Assembly: GCA_040182905.1 (NCBI GenBank)
Contig: JARQWU010000026.1
Location: 1 to 64,000 of the forward strand
Origin: Barthelona sp. PAP020
Taxonomy: Eukaryota
Direction: 5' to 3'
DNA: 64,000 bases
This document shows positions 46,201 through 54,540 of this stretch, one piece after another (the first letter of the stretch is position 1; every line of letters starts with the position of its first letter). A program made the position numbers and the translations under genes. Under the pieces are notes generated by a model. The model saw nothing but the letters and a program-made list of their open reading frames with translations, was not told the origin of the DNA and searched no databases.

Positions 46201-49200
46201 CTTCAACAGTATGGATCGATAACCTTGATGAGAATGAACAGTACATTGATAGTGTATTAATTGGAAGCGAATTGAAATTCTCCTTTGATAATTTTGAAGG
46301 ACAATTAATTGGCATCGTAAATGGCAGTTATCTCAGTACTTTGACCATCAGTAATCCAAAATCTTCAATAATCATTATTGATATTGATGTTTTGAATGTA
46401 TTCAATTCCTATGTTCATGCTTTGGTTGATTGTGGTGCAATTATCACTTCAAGCAGTTCATTTGGCTATATTATTGGTTATTCAGATGTAGTACTGACAA
46501 AAATTGGTACATTTGATTTGAAAATCACTCTCATTGTTGCTAATTCCCTTGAAAGTGGTGATATTATTGTTAATCAATCAATTATTGATAACACTGCAAT
46601 CGTTGAATCTCTTAACATTTGTAATATGATTGTTTCGAATTTACAGGTTAAAACACTTCATAACAAAAATTTGTTAAGTGTTGAAACAATCGTTTATAAG
46701 TATATTTTCAGCAATGTCTTTGGACAAACCGTTTCAATATATGGTAGTTTTGAAAATGGGACGATTTTTTCCAACAATGTATATGTCAATAGTATTTTTA
46801 ATGGAACGTTTGTGCACAATAATTCTGTTGTTGCTTTTGATTATTGTGAGGCGTATTCATATTTTGAAAATGCTTTTTTTTTTGAAAATGCCAATGTTAC
46901 ACTGTTTTTATCGAGTGTTGATGCTTTACATGATTTAGATATGACCAATTCTTCTTTGCATATCAATGTAACGTTTAAAAATGATGATGCTTATCATATG
47001 GATTATTTGGAGCTGATTGAAGGGACAACTATCGGAAATATTACCAATTCGACAATTGATGGCAATTTTTTGTGTTTAAGTGAAATAAATGTTTTCAATT
47101 CAACTATAGATGCACGTTTAGATGCAGAGCGATTGATTGCAAACAACAGTGTATTTAATGTGGTCTTTATTTTTCAAGATATTGTTTCAAATGACAGTTG
47201 GATTGAAATGTTAGTTTTTGATGGTAAAATTGTTAAATCAACAACTGCCACAATAAACATGTTAGTGTTAAATGGAGATTGTTCAATTGAAGGTTTGTTT
47301 CTGAATATTATACTTGTTTCTCATTTAACAATGGAAGATGTTACGTTAGAAGGTAATTTGTATGCTTATCAAGGGGTAACTTTTGAAGACACACAATATT
47401 TTTATAAAAGTGCGGAAAAGGTTGTTTTATGTGAAAACAATTTGGACAGCAATATTGAAAATGTTGTTTTAAATGAAAACACACATGTTTGGTTAGTAGG
47501 AGAAGGTGAGTTTAATATCGATGTGTCAAATTTGTTAATTCTTGTTGATAAACAGGATGTGACGTTGAAATGTGGTGTTGGTATTGAGAATATTACTGTA
47601 TGGTGTTTACTGGATTGTTGTAATTTGGATTTTGAAGGTTCAGGTTTCTTATTCATTGGTAATTTTTCGTTTAAAGATTCTTTCAACTCTAACATTGTTA
47701 TTGGGTGGATACAAGACAGTTTATTCCTTTTAAACACACTAAATAGTGAGGGTGAAAATGAGTATCATGTGATATTTGATAAAAGTACAGACACCTTGGA
47801 GATATTTGATAATGTCAATAACATGATGATGTTCATTAGTGAAAACGGGACATATTCAGGTTCAATTTTTCTTGATTTTTTGCTTTGTTTAAACAATTGT
47901 GAGATTATTGAAACTGATGTTATCACAACAGAATCAAGGCTTTATTTGGTTAACAATTTTACCTCTCCTTCAATATCTTTTCAAAACGGTCTTTTATTGG
48001 ATAATGTGCTGGTTAATTTTGGTTGGCTTCAAGGATTCGATGAAAGAGAGATTTCATTGTTAGTTGCAATGAATGATACACAAACAATGAAAGTTATACC
48101 CAAAACTTTGGTGCTATTGAATGGCAGTCACATTTTTTCTGAATTAACTGTTGATGCTTCAACTTTAGATTTGATATATATAGGGCCTGGCAGTTCACTT
48201 GTTGTGTCACAATTCGCCTCGTTAGACACATTTGTATCTTATGGTGAATTTGAATACACTGGGGAAAAAGCAAACATCCAAAATGCATTTGCTTTGAATG
48301 GCACGACATCATTCAAGATTCAGGATAAAATTTCCGCAAATCACAATTATATGGCACTAAAGAATGTTGTTATTCATGATGCTGAATACTATCACACGTA
48401 TTTTGAATATTTGAGAGAGATTCCAGCCATTTTTTCTTGTGCTTTTGAGGATGGTGGATCTGTTGTTCAATCATCATCATACATCTGTATCGGTAAAAAT
48501 TTCTTTTATCCCATGATAGTAAATGTTGAATACGAATTTATGAAATCCAAGAGGGTATACACATTGACTGAAAGTGAAAGTAATTCAGAAAATTCTTTTT
48601 CTTTTATCCTTCCTTCTGGAATTGGTACATTTGTTGTTTCCTGCACGAATGACTATGAGATGAGTAGCTATGTCAATTTCAATGGTAATTACCCGATTCC
48701 TGTTATTATTAGTGTTGAAACAACTGAAATGAACACCACTAATGGAAAAATCAGGATTCATGGTGAAAACTATAGTACAAATGATAACTATGGTGATGTT
48801 GATGTTGTATTTAATGATTTAAGCATTATTTCGGATTGCGTCATTTCAAATGACCTTATTTCTTGCAAAAATCTACCTGATGGGTATGGAAATGTCATAT
48901 TATATGTTATTGTTGGAAATCAAACAAGTAATAGGGTTGAAATTTCCTATCTCCCACCCGTTATCACAACCATTGATTGTGGAGAATTGAGCATCTATAA
49001 CATTGCAACACATTGCTTCGTTACTGGATATAACTTTGGTCCGGAAGGAATTCTTTCTTTTTCCTTTTTAAGTGACCACGCTGAAACTAAATTCACTTTG
49101 ATCTCTCTTTGCAATACACATTATGAAATAGAATCTACGTTTGACCTCATTCATTTTGGAGGTATTTTTGTAATTGAAGTTGGTGGTGTTTCAACATACA

Positions 49201-52200
49201 AGACAGTTCTTCCCAAGCAACCCCAAGTTTTAAGTCAAACAGTAACAAACACAAAAACTCAGTCTTCTGTGATTGTGAGTTTTATCGATTTATTTTTGGT
49301 TGCTGATGATGTCGTGATAGTTATAGATGGTAATTGCTGTGGAAATATGGTCATCACAAAAAGCAAATATGTTACACAAAGTGTCAAATTTGATGATATT
49401 GACTGTTTAAGTGATGTTTTTGTTACATTTAAAACTGATTTCTCATCAACGATTCAAATTACTTTCAAACTTGAAATTCTATGGGAAGATACAACTATCA
49501 AATATATTGGAAATACTGTGACAAATATTCCACTATTTACATTTGCTTTTTGCTTTATTGAATCAAGTTATTTGTCAATTGGAAGCTCAAAAACAGTTAT
49601 TCAAACTTGGAACGAATTTGGATGTGTTGTTAACATGCCTGTTTTGAGTGGAGAACATCCTTTAGCTTTTTATTTTGATGAAAAACTTCTGAGCACTTCT
49701 CCATACACAATTGAATATTATCCACCAAATATTCAAACTTTAGACCCTGATTTTGTTGGTTGTTTGATTGAATCTAATGTTTCTTTTATCGGTGTTTATT
49801 TCGGTCCTTCTGGTCAAGTTGCAGAGCTGTTGTTGTTTGATACAGATACGTCTACACTTGTAACCACGTATACAGGTGTTGTTATTCGATATGATATTGT
49901 AAGAATTGAAATGAAGGGTCTTGAAATTGACTGGTGCAGTAATAATTTAGTTTTTGACTCATTTTTAAAGATAAATAATGTTCAATCAGAGTATTCTACC
50001 AAAATTTCTTTCATTAATGGAGTTGTTTATTCTCCAAATTCTGTGAAAGAGAACCAACAGTTTGATTTAACTGTATATTTGGATGAAAGCGTAAGCAGCT
50101 TTGATTTTAACATATTTAATGATACTTATCACTTAACTATTGTTTGTTATTCTCAAAATGTTGGAACAATGTATTTGTGTGAAAATGTGAAGACATTGAG
50201 CAGTGGAGAGTATTCTACTTCAATAATTGTTGATGAGATCAAATTTAGTTCTCGAAATTTCTTTGTTTATAATGTTAAACCTTGTAAAACTTTCATTGCA
50301 GTTGGAAATAGTATTTCTGATGTTCACGTTGATTGTTATTTTGGAAATGAACTGATCACTTCAAAAAGTGAAGAGAATGTTGTTATAACAATGATAGGAG
50401 AATCATACGTTTATGTAAATGTGATTAAACCGCTAGTAATATCCCAAAGAAGTTACTGTTTTTTGATTGGTTCTGATTATGAATTTTGTAATTTTGAAGT
50501 TGTCAGTTTTGACTCTCTTTTGATACAAAAATGGACCATCAAAGATAATATTACAAATATTGTTGTTCAAGTGTCTTTTAACCTCTTAGAAATAGATATG
50601 TCTCGAGGATACTTTGAGCTATCATATGTTAATACTGCAAATGATGCAAGTGAAGAGTCTTTGTGTGTTGTATCCGGTCAAAATGACTTGTCATGTGAAT
50701 TTAGTCCCAAAGAAAATGGTACGGCCAAACTCACCATCAATTCTTATTTTGAAATTCCCGAGGTGACAGTTATTCCCTCTTTTTATGTTGGTAATATATA
50801 TGTTGTCTCATTTGAGTATATTTTGATTGATTTACCAGTAGTTGGGGAGGAAATAATGTTTAGTATTTTGGTTAATGGTGCAAACGATGCATATTCAGTG
50901 ATTCCATCTCAAATTAGTGTTGATATTATTGACATTGCAGATATAGCTGTTTCAATTGATTGTCCTTTGCTTGTTGATCGTTATGCATGTGTTTTTATTC
51001 CAGGAAATAATGAAACTGTAACCATTGAATATGATGAAATTCTTTTAGGTGAATTAACTCCTTTCTATGCACCTGAAATACATGATTGTGATCCCTCATC
51101 ATTTAGTAATTTATATTCTCCCATTATTACATGTAAATGTGTCAGTTGTAATCATATTGTTGCGTTAGACACTGAAATTGAAGATATTCAGTTTAAAATT
51201 GAAGAAATATTTGATTATTCAATAAAATTTGTCATTACACTAGATAAGAATGATGCTGTTGCAAATATTACAAGTATTACAGTCAGATTGACTTATGATG
51301 AGGGAAGAGTTGTGGAATCAAAAACAACATTTACAAACAAATATTCATTCGTCAGTTTTTCAACACCTTCTGTTGTATTGGATAGTTCCACAGAATCAAT
51401 AACATTGCATGGTGAATATTATTTTGAGAATGTTAAATCTGTCAAATGTTTGTATTTAGGGCAATTTATTTCAAATTCTTTGGCTTACAGCAATTCTAAG
51501 GTCATTTGTGCGCCTTTTGGGTATATTTTTTCCGGTAATTTATTGATATCGCTCGTTGTTAATGATGAACTGTCTTATGTTGATTTTGATGTTTTTTCAT
51601 CAGCAGATGCTCAAATATGCAACACTGATGAGTTTTCTAACAATATTCTAAGCTTCATGCAAAATGAAATTGACCCACACTTTTATCCTCATCTTACATT
51701 TACATCCAGTTATTCTGCTTTAGAATCTGTGGAAGATCGTTGTAATATTCAGTGTTTGGATTCTAGTTGTCGAGTTGACATTGAACCCTATTCCACTGTT
51801 TCTATTGATTTTACTCTTGAAAATAAGTATGCCATTTTAGTTACCATGTCGTTGCTGAATCCTTGTTGCAATTTGCCTTCCAAGATAAGAATCGTTTCTT
51901 CCTATCAACGTCAAGAGTCCACTGTTCATGAACATTTGATTATCAATGATTTTACATCTTTGACCCCTATTGACATGTTTATGTCTGATGAAAAAGATAT
52001 TGGCATATATGCCTTTTTACTTGATGTTGAAACAGAGCCTTTTGATCAATTTTTCTTTGAAATTGAGTCCAATATTAACTTCGTTAATTTGACATCGGTT
52101 GTTTTCCATGGTTTAAGTGAAAATGATGCCTTTTATTTCAAGTATTCCAAACCTTTGAACAGCATTATGACTGCAACGTCAGTTGTCGAAATCAATTTGG

Positions 52201-54383
52201 GAAATGTAGAAGTTTTCAATTACGTTGGAAGATTGATCAGTTTTGAAGGTTATTTGTCACTTGTTATCAATGATATTTTTTCTTTTCAAACTTATTCTTT
52301 GAATGATGTTGTCTTTGAAGTTGAAGTTGTGGACAATTTTGGTTCTTTGACTCTACATACCGAAAATGATGTATCGATCGGTCTAAATGATGAAAATGGT
52401 TCCATCACTTCTTCTTTTATCAGTTCAAGCTTTAAGTTAATGAATGGTCCTGCATATACTGTGACAATAGACAATGATGTTGAAAATATTATTGTATTTT
52501 CTGACAACACTGCACAATTTAAAACGAACATTACCAAATTTAACTGTTTAGGTGATGAAACTCACATTATATCTGATGTTACTATTTTAGTTGATGTTGT
52601 TCCAACCTACATTTCCTCTTTTTTCACTGAATTAGTGGTCAATTTGGCAAATGTGAGCAGTTTGGATGTTTCGCCATTGATATCGATTGACAATGCTATT
52701 TTATTGGTGCCAATCAATGTTCAATGTCAAATACCCTCAAAATTAAGTGTGTCATTTGATTCTCAGATGAATTTTCAGAGTGTTTTGGATTTGGAGGTGT
52801 TGTTGTTGAATGATAATAACGAGGATGTGTTTGGTACGCATGAAGTATTGCCAAAGATCGAAATTTTTGAAACAACAGGGTATTTCACTTTAAATGAAAG
52901 AAGCTTGGTTTTTGGGCGCAATGTTCTCAAAAGTATCGAATTCAATTTGCCTCCAGATTGTTTACTCACATTTGTTGTGAATATTTATCATCCTTTATTT
53001 ACACTGCAAAAGGAATATGTTGTGAGTACAAATCCATGTAGTTTTCCAACAGTATATTCAAATTTAGAAAATAAGTGTGTTTGCACGCAAGGATATAGAA
53101 CTGATTCTTTATCTGGAGAATGTGTCTCTTGTGGGTTGGGATATTATTCATCTAAAATTAACTCTGACTATTGTCTCACTTGTCCAAATGATATGACCAC
53201 TTTAAAGTATAATGCCACATCAATTGATGCTTGTTTATGCAAGAATAATTTTATATTTTCCAATGATTCAGGACTTTGTGAAAAATGTGATGCTGCTATT
53301 GTATGCAAAAATGGCTCAATTATCGGTCCAATTGATGGCTATTGGATGGATATGAGTGTGTTTAAAACAACTTCAATGCAAAAAACAGATTTACTTCTTT
53401 CAAATGCAGGAACAAGCAATACAATTTCCATTTTTAAATGTTTGACTAACGGATGTGCAACAAATGGTTGTGTTGAAGGTTACACTGGGGTTTTGTGTCA
53501 TCAATGCTCTGAAGGATACATTCAAATGTTAGATTTCTCTTGTAAAGCAAGAAAATTTGAAATATCTGATTGTGCTATTTATGCGTTGTCTTTACTTGTG
53601 TTTATTGTTATCAATCTACGATTTGGTGAAGAATACAAAGAAAAATATGTATCTTACAACAAGTCACTGATTGTACACAATAATTTTTTTCCTGCATGTT
53701 ATTTTGTTGTGCTGATGACTATAGCAACAACTAATTTTATTGATTATCCTTTGAAGATGCGTTATTTTGCTCTGAATCTTCCTGAGTTTTTCATTCATTT
53801 GAATGAGACATTCTCTATTCTTTTGGGTAGTTTTATAATTTTCGTAGTTTATTTATTCTTTTTTGTTTTCAAAAGAGGAAACAGTCAATTTGTTTATCTT
53901 ACTTCATCTACACTCATACTCAATCATATCTTCCAAATTGGAGTTTTCAATTATGTTTCTAATTCGGAAATTGTCTATTTGTATTTTCCAAACAGACAGT
54001 TCAATACCCCTTTAATTCTTTCCATTCTGGTAGTATTTTTTGTTTTTATTCTTCTTTCTCAAATTCAAAATTTTACTAATGTTAAAATTGCCTTGATTCT
54101 TGGTTTGACCTGTATTATATCGAATTTTTCTGTTTTTTTCAAAAATTATCTGTTTGTTGCCGTTGTTTCACAAATTTTTGTTACCACTTGTTCTTACATG
54201 TTTACTGGAAGACAAAGATGGGTCATAAGTTCGATAATCACAATCTCAACTGCTTGTGGGTTTGGTTTGACCTTATTTTTCATGTATCCTCAAATAATTA
54301 AAATGTTTATATTTTTGCCATTCTGTACAATGTTATATTCATTGTTTACCTTTTTTATGGCTCCTTCAAAATTAAGAGCCTGA
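34227..54383 (+). CDS. Giant (6718 aa) cell-surface protein: signal peptide, long beta-rich ectodomain, IPT/TIG-like repeats, Cys-rich region, multi-TM C-terminus
   Basis: 20,157-bp ORF with signal peptide MKFVLILTFTLILFSLCQC. IPT-like motifs (PVIISV..IRIHGENY, YLPPVIT..VTGYNFG, YYPPNIQ..GVYFG). Cys-rich CVSCGLGYYS..CLTCP and CVEGYTGVLCHQCSEGY. About 7-9 hydrophobic segments at the end. Confidence 0.9.
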   Translation: MKFVLILTFTLILFSLCQCLTKNYCENGITIEMSENIASYIELSTFVSSNNIYTCRLIILDDIKADDNYISITSQNSENSNIELSTKTSLNSNIDIDLEISFVNIIFANDFPNLFLVIVSNSSISRYSSTNFVNLQSVFISSEAFLTLANIEEFSLILSDFCGKPTSYIIGFNIIVSNEAILASSFNCSINSNSVVLDNNYVKLQNTSLVYNKISSPFVVSSLNNVTFSSNIEEEDILNVIVLDSIGKITDTFELVCSNKTNIQFSFSIIDLMTFTVLDVNKIIFSSIYVDNITVFGFIESGKIIADSINVKRLIVHEYLSFQSLTVQTFVSLNTLIIKGDILSCFKAFNNNCFVDLNFFQEIELNILNIYNGISYLNGIDKLIVNTDDNSEILVNNMFVILNTCQTKYILNNSSLQINKFTNLCELSSSIDLDILVPNYCTIQGLFYANSINFTQIYGDKLVILLEDVEFHTIYGFFSVFEIVVSHAINTKLYGIFNISELFNANIHIYGTLNSTIIKKSTLFVQGNFSCDTIFNSIIDGQFLFVKEKLILQSSTLYFPVNVYELECNLCSFGGLINILKLFEKANVLFDTNIKSLIFDTKISELFVDDVNLNVINIQSEQNSVMNVESSKVQLDSLFKGTINFNNSIGTLYAVNNISISSSFIYIGGDVESINSNQSCIRIIARVFLKTLILIDSTLETAPILIENIDFLKVVKGGEISILTGFYHIKEFEIESDIYLNGSIAIDISQEDNFMIFKNNARINSETFCFIHLMDTFEEIESVPNTSCELIFNKIDEQKYSMNSTYYQQYLENLKLFSPLNDNDNANEDNIMPIDIDLSIVSDKNKDFSKKTFKTFENFDLNEYSFKATVINISSIVIDSVIDGEITNITQINSNVIVSFNTILNNIEMVKSGSTINVGIDSTTIIKELECDSKTTINGGDNTTLIIFGHLDTNCILEINDISNLIIYQANSDDITITQSQISFINPSSILNLKKSTIQFGKISIEHCFEVVINDGVSLECRYIHDHLKTSIFSTTILHLKEDQSEAVDFNVQGYLIISLNINFNFLLTNIPNYLRLYGNHYSTSIDTVSNATIFDIFDINFINMYNSSITFENILNGNHIEQSILNCINIPCKIIVNTISNSFINVHTLEMNSVVNLHGLNILNIENNVNPLDLMIIDTTFELNITNEIELNSLKFEKFEIIESILKGFISNEFINIQGGESVYLMGKDNNFEGILKYFQIYGNFCELETIVIEEIQLIDIDTVNCTDVNILRGNVMSEYINLTNFISNDVNFKVSKRFHLNNTEINKGLTDLNKEKSILINYSPNISLKQRYLTAKTILMNSYLNNFKIINNEQNLIKVNNFTLNNSILVNHESFTGSNVSFINSIMYSSYSQFNLVNCINSSFILSGDSYFEDMLIDIDFKIEIIGSDTTHRYLNVSNHLKISGVSFVENLTNEITNKLVIEGPGVINITNIKVEELTLINCLVFIENFTEISIIHLINSSIHLNENISDLEIIHSCSISSVYLRNITESNSLLTIINSHTFINSSNLQNLNIINGSLNIQRKENFIQYDSSNILSLNLSSCLANIFESNAIIEETYFFNSTIYLDEIVIDNLYLNMSNLIIYRGNSWQNIVLINSTMNFLLEINPLNILEMTVIKLIMNETSSILIDKITSDTIEIYNCDIQFVIVCQRIYMNFSSFTQLYYVISFEIYESFGQLIEPFNFVHISDSIISNCDIIEVNNYIGLIEDSKIKSFVLHGNVEFKGINEILFFKNNYTLSSENRFILLSDSTIKGNMITSINFEGVGIFIYKYVQIETYRCSISCDFTFKDFEMFEYLNNFILMNGNMFKIFYEITEPLSIFILTLDDIDKGIVNFFSDCYYEQISLDITSSNVSISAEYGDLTKFNTINIQNSYVQFIDLIIVSNLYLKDVHLFGRYCILNTTFPDTLTLYQTFQNVSTGNFSLIDFDFLNSFSNVIHSKLIMYVINDDINTNSLSNTNNNYYFNQIDVTFIDDRVYNIWGEFRLLNDDLIEKIDICKWNSPLITFQNNNQFINFVFNCNITYGIFQYNSMIISPGIYAFFFISNIEETAFYSKSLNVTCLENSELILVVEYSYLEMFLVLNSCNITLNSNKSTNIQMKIESNGLSSLKLNSILPRIVLLSLNVSGILETFNVNFNTGRSTSIFYSFNNAQIGLFSSSIEGSIPLKFLNSVNFYGNNNGYIETLQISFDDNEELQPQKELNFDCSFITCNVEEFDTNILTNINSVGNLFNFGDINGKLTAYNSTGLVDSFKNLNAESSVIRVAQCDSDTIELFNSVLIVDDSLQVNSIFTKNSFLEGKIDVETLVKNCSFVNSMIQQQLIISDNCFINNTILLHKYPIVLQNSTIVLRNIHGFNSFDCDNTTIEELSSPQLQMLYLKPSTNHSFYNMHNVMIIADTDSNFTIMNSFDIQLICLNATVYVFEEKVTEFSLLISNNCTIVGDIMASRVISNHPIDFNTDFTSKVQYQSIFTKFAYFYEIPDIVMDIACVTTHQFSTPNFHTFVNSFVVLGKLNNYFFSGKEQIHLIDGTVLIVNGFSTYYSTIVVDCLHRECFLIVNGIWTMTETEIEGQGILNVIVMNVKQLAGNTESLAIEENEYLSVNWHIFNTLTINEMTVFNSAIFASNMEIGNSEISSSILFSSHMRVEGPSMDSVHFFVNYLSTRLLKNAIESPGIEHYNAYFVSNFASFDITISTLVAYNDKNNEELTIKSKQLMVIKDQSSFSVSANNEFNYHFLSKSSVVATFDTLFDKLELLPGIAKVINNITTIFALSKIKTSEESTGTLNSMYCELFDENSGVFLITEHLDVISAIFTGYSDGVEIKYLSCTSCSLDFQNIHPIQMNGNIKVTAIDQNWFDLNHNCGILGFFEIDASFNFDMTINTKGFIDIPHLIKGYDINLQMDIDNDQIFIEGNTLILFENELLIVEQYELFVDKLVSFSSTITVKSISLKQYPDYFSYLTIARLNIIEGCVPSIQEYVKALVLGNCTLLGKLTLHSVTNTGNQDLSLIDSNGYEIHVSQLLNVFFRGIDELFPLFFVHINCPDIQNVFASANILFLRTDDREFYLDNFGNMNKDYGITLIKLDYLTNAPELEMNNYIENNLILLVSALYFVTIEKDFIVYSVYQVTAINPTVIKGLYADKVVIKDNSKDLIINEENYKNFFTKKLKVQLVDQNLYIEKNIEIFELVTVNVNELHIKNNSRIKIDSAKEINIWNCSNIIFYLDISDDLSAVTNKNNIVINDSTIFQQFITMSTTSFTFPISSTLLFQFLNTTLINSTINSRFYTYNLTILGNNNKFNFKLFVNYSIYTDSSDYLNLKCKTSSFECHLILFGVIHFSNLEIFGFATNVRLYLNQMYIERINVDKVFLNLTDSTDGFDDIENESYNHHLIESFINTIDFWLESSEIATNDIIQQKIKIENSEINENFRTFGGKCDFLNSYVKGNLFQQNNASIFIDNTTCYLNTFMGSSSIISVVNNSKMTFERLFTCFIDSFDNTSSLSNFIIQYVFSEFEGFINGIGFIQQLSFPSLVESYEIETNININSDEWIILGGMMSNLRVNDSMNTKIGCVANNASFTNVVINGTLLANNVSLNGNISGNFNIFSFNIVFKQRKDIEEETDGLLEIYENKGGILCFKDVFTIELKNKNIFETNVHFDKIFGKTVKIMYETEEGEEPTKEVEQSINFFGNDLWLIEKIETFIENLSVNISGFATNVDLNEKNKLKTDKSVFGNYSSLTVSPNNSPIILHSHRINEIDETSIEIILENNIDITLFLDNRVTNISFIPDESIVIDDDFFINLKVLKGFIKVLIPNNNVLQFSGMVSPFTTMIFDNYQVTNLLCLGSNIFNISIDEKSIISIDTMFDNENSFESYQTTTKFIIFKNTNDIEVIERINITFIFDSKSFKVLNISNYGIFVENITNIDELYGSDIFIHNLIANNVYMENIFGFDLKMNLFNGIFILSSTVWIDNLDENEQYIDSVLIGSELKFSFDNFEGQLIGIVNGSYLSTLTISNPKSSIIIIDIDVLNVFNSYVHALVDCGAIITSSSSFGYIIGYSDVVLTKIGTFDLKITLIVANSLESGDIIVNQSIIDNTAIVESLNICNMIVSNLQVKTLHNKNLLSVETIVYKYIFSNVFGQTVSIYGSFENGTIFSNNVYVNSIFNGTFVHNNSVVAFDYCEAYSYFENAFFFENANVTLFLSSVDALHDLDMTNSSLHINVTFKNDDAYHMDYLELIEGTTIGNITNSTIDGNFLCLSEINVFNSTIDARLDAERLIANNSVFNVVFIFQDIVSNDSWIEMLVFDGKIVKSTTATINMLVLNGDCSIEGLFLNIILVSHLTMEDVTLEGNLYAYQGVTFEDTQYFYKSAEKVVLCENNLDSNIENVVLNENTHVWLVGEGEFNIDVSNLLILVDKQDVTLKCGVGIENITVWCLLDCCNLDFEGSGFLFIGNFSFKDSFNSNIVIGWIQDSLFLLNTLNSEGENEYHVIFDKSTDTLEIFDNVNNMMMFISENGTYSGSIFLDFLLCLNNCEIIETDVITTESRLYLVNNFTSPSISFQNGLLLDNVLVNFGWLQGFDEREISLLVAMNDTQTMKVIPKTLVLLNGSHIFSELTVDASTLDLIYIGPGSSLVVSQFASLDTFVSYGEFEYTGEKANIQNAFALNGTTSFKIQDKISANHNYMALKNVVIHDAEYYHTYFEYLREIPAIFSCAFEDGGSVVQSSSYICIGKNFFYPMIVNVEYEFMKSKRVYTLTESESNSENSFSFILPSGIGTFVVSCTNDYEMSSYVNFNGNYPIPVIISVETTEMNTTNGKIRIHGENYSTNDNYGDVDVVFNDLSIISDCVISNDLISCKNLPDGYGNVILYVIVGNQTSNRVEISYLPPVITTIDCGELSIYNIATHCFVTGYNFGPEGILSFSFLSDHAETKFTLISLCNTHYEIESTFDLIHFGGIFVIEVGGVSTYKTVLPKQPQVLSQTVTNTKTQSSVIVSFIDLFLVADDVVIVIDGNCCGNMVITKSKYVTQSVKFDDIDCLSDVFVTFKTDFSSTIQITFKLEILWEDTTIKYIGNTVTNIPLFTFAFCFIESSYLSIGSSKTVIQTWNEFGCVVNMPVLSGEHPLAFYFDEKLLSTSPYTIEYYPPNIQTLDPDFVGCLIESNVSFIGVYFGPSGQVAELLLFDTDTSTLVTTYTGVVIRYDIVRIEMKGLEIDWCSNNLVFDSFLKINNVQSEYSTKISFINGVVYSPNSVKENQQFDLTVYLDESVSSFDFNIFNDTYHLTIVCYSQNVGTMYLCENVKTLSSGEYSTSIIVDEIKFSSRNFFVYNVKPCKTFIAVGNSISDVHVDCYFGNELITSKSEENVVITMIGESYVYVNVIKPLVISQRSYCFLIGSDYEFCNFEVVSFDSLLIQKWTIKDNITNIVVQVSFNLLEIDMSRGYFELSYVNTANDASEESLCVVSGQNDLSCEFSPKENGTAKLTINSYFEIPEVTVIPSFYVGNIYVVSFEYILIDLPVVGEEIMFSILVNGANDAYSVIPSQISVDIIDIADIAVSIDCPLLVDRYACVFIPGNNETVTIEYDEILLGELTPFYAPEIHDCDPSSFSNLYSPIITCKCVSCNHIVALDTEIEDIQFKIEEIFDYSIKFVITLDKNDAVANITSITVRLTYDEGRVVESKTTFTNKYSFVSFSTPSVVLDSSTESITLHGEYYFENVKSVKCLYLGQFISNSLAYSNSKVICAPFGYIFSGNLLISLVVNDELSYVDFDVFSSADAQICNTDEFSNNILSFMQNEIDPHFYPHLTFTSSYSALESVEDRCNIQCLDSSCRVDIEPYSTVSIDFTLENKYAILVTMSLLNPCCNLPSKIRIVSSYQRQESTVHEHLIINDFTSLTPIDMFMSDEKDIGIYAFLLDVETEPFDQFFFEIESNINFVNLTSVVFHGLSENDAFYFKYSKPLNSIMTATSVVEINLGNVEVFNYVGRLISFEGYLSLVINDIFSFQTYSLNDVVFEVEVVDNFGSLTLHTENDVSIGLNDENGSITSSFISSSFKLMNGPAYTVTIDNDVENIIVFSDNTAQFKTNITKFNCLGDETHIISDVTILVDVVPTYISSFFTELVVNLANVSSLDVSPLISIDNAILLVPINVQCQIPSKLSVSFDSQMNFQSVLDLEVLLLNDNNEDVFGTHEVLPKIEIFETTGYFTLNERSLVFGRNVLKSIEFNLPPDCLLTFVVNIYHPLFTLQKEYVVSTNPCSFPTVYSNLENKCVCTQGYRTDSLSGECVSCGLGYYSSKINSDYCLTCPNDMTTLKYNATSIDACLCKNNFIFSNDSGLCEKCDAAIVCKNGSIIGPIDGYWMDMSVFKTTSMQKTDLLLSNAGTSNTISIFKCLTNGCATNGCVEGYTGVLCHQCSEGYIQMLDFSCKARKFEISDCAIYALSLLVFIVINLRFGEEYKEKYVSYNKSLIVHNNFFPACYFVVLMTIATTNFIDYPLKMRYFALNLPEFFIHLNETFSILLGSFIIFVVYLFFFVFKRGNSQFVYLTSSTLILNHIFQIGVFNYVSNSEIVYLYFPNRQFNTPLILSILVVFFVFILLSQIQNFTNVKIALILGLTCIISNFSVFFKNYLFVAVVSQIFVTTCSYMFTGRQRWVISSIITISTACGFGLTLFFMYPQIIKMFIFLPFCTMLYSLFTFFMAPSKLRA

Positions 54384-54540
54384 TTTTAATGAAATGTTTT
54401 TTTTTTTTGTTGATTCTTGTTCTGTTATTTCTTATTCACTCATACCAACGCCATACAGCCCTTCTTCTTCAAGAAATAACAAGTAAAAACAAACAAACAT
54501 ATCTTTATTTTTTTTTTTTTTTTTGGTTTATGATAAGACT

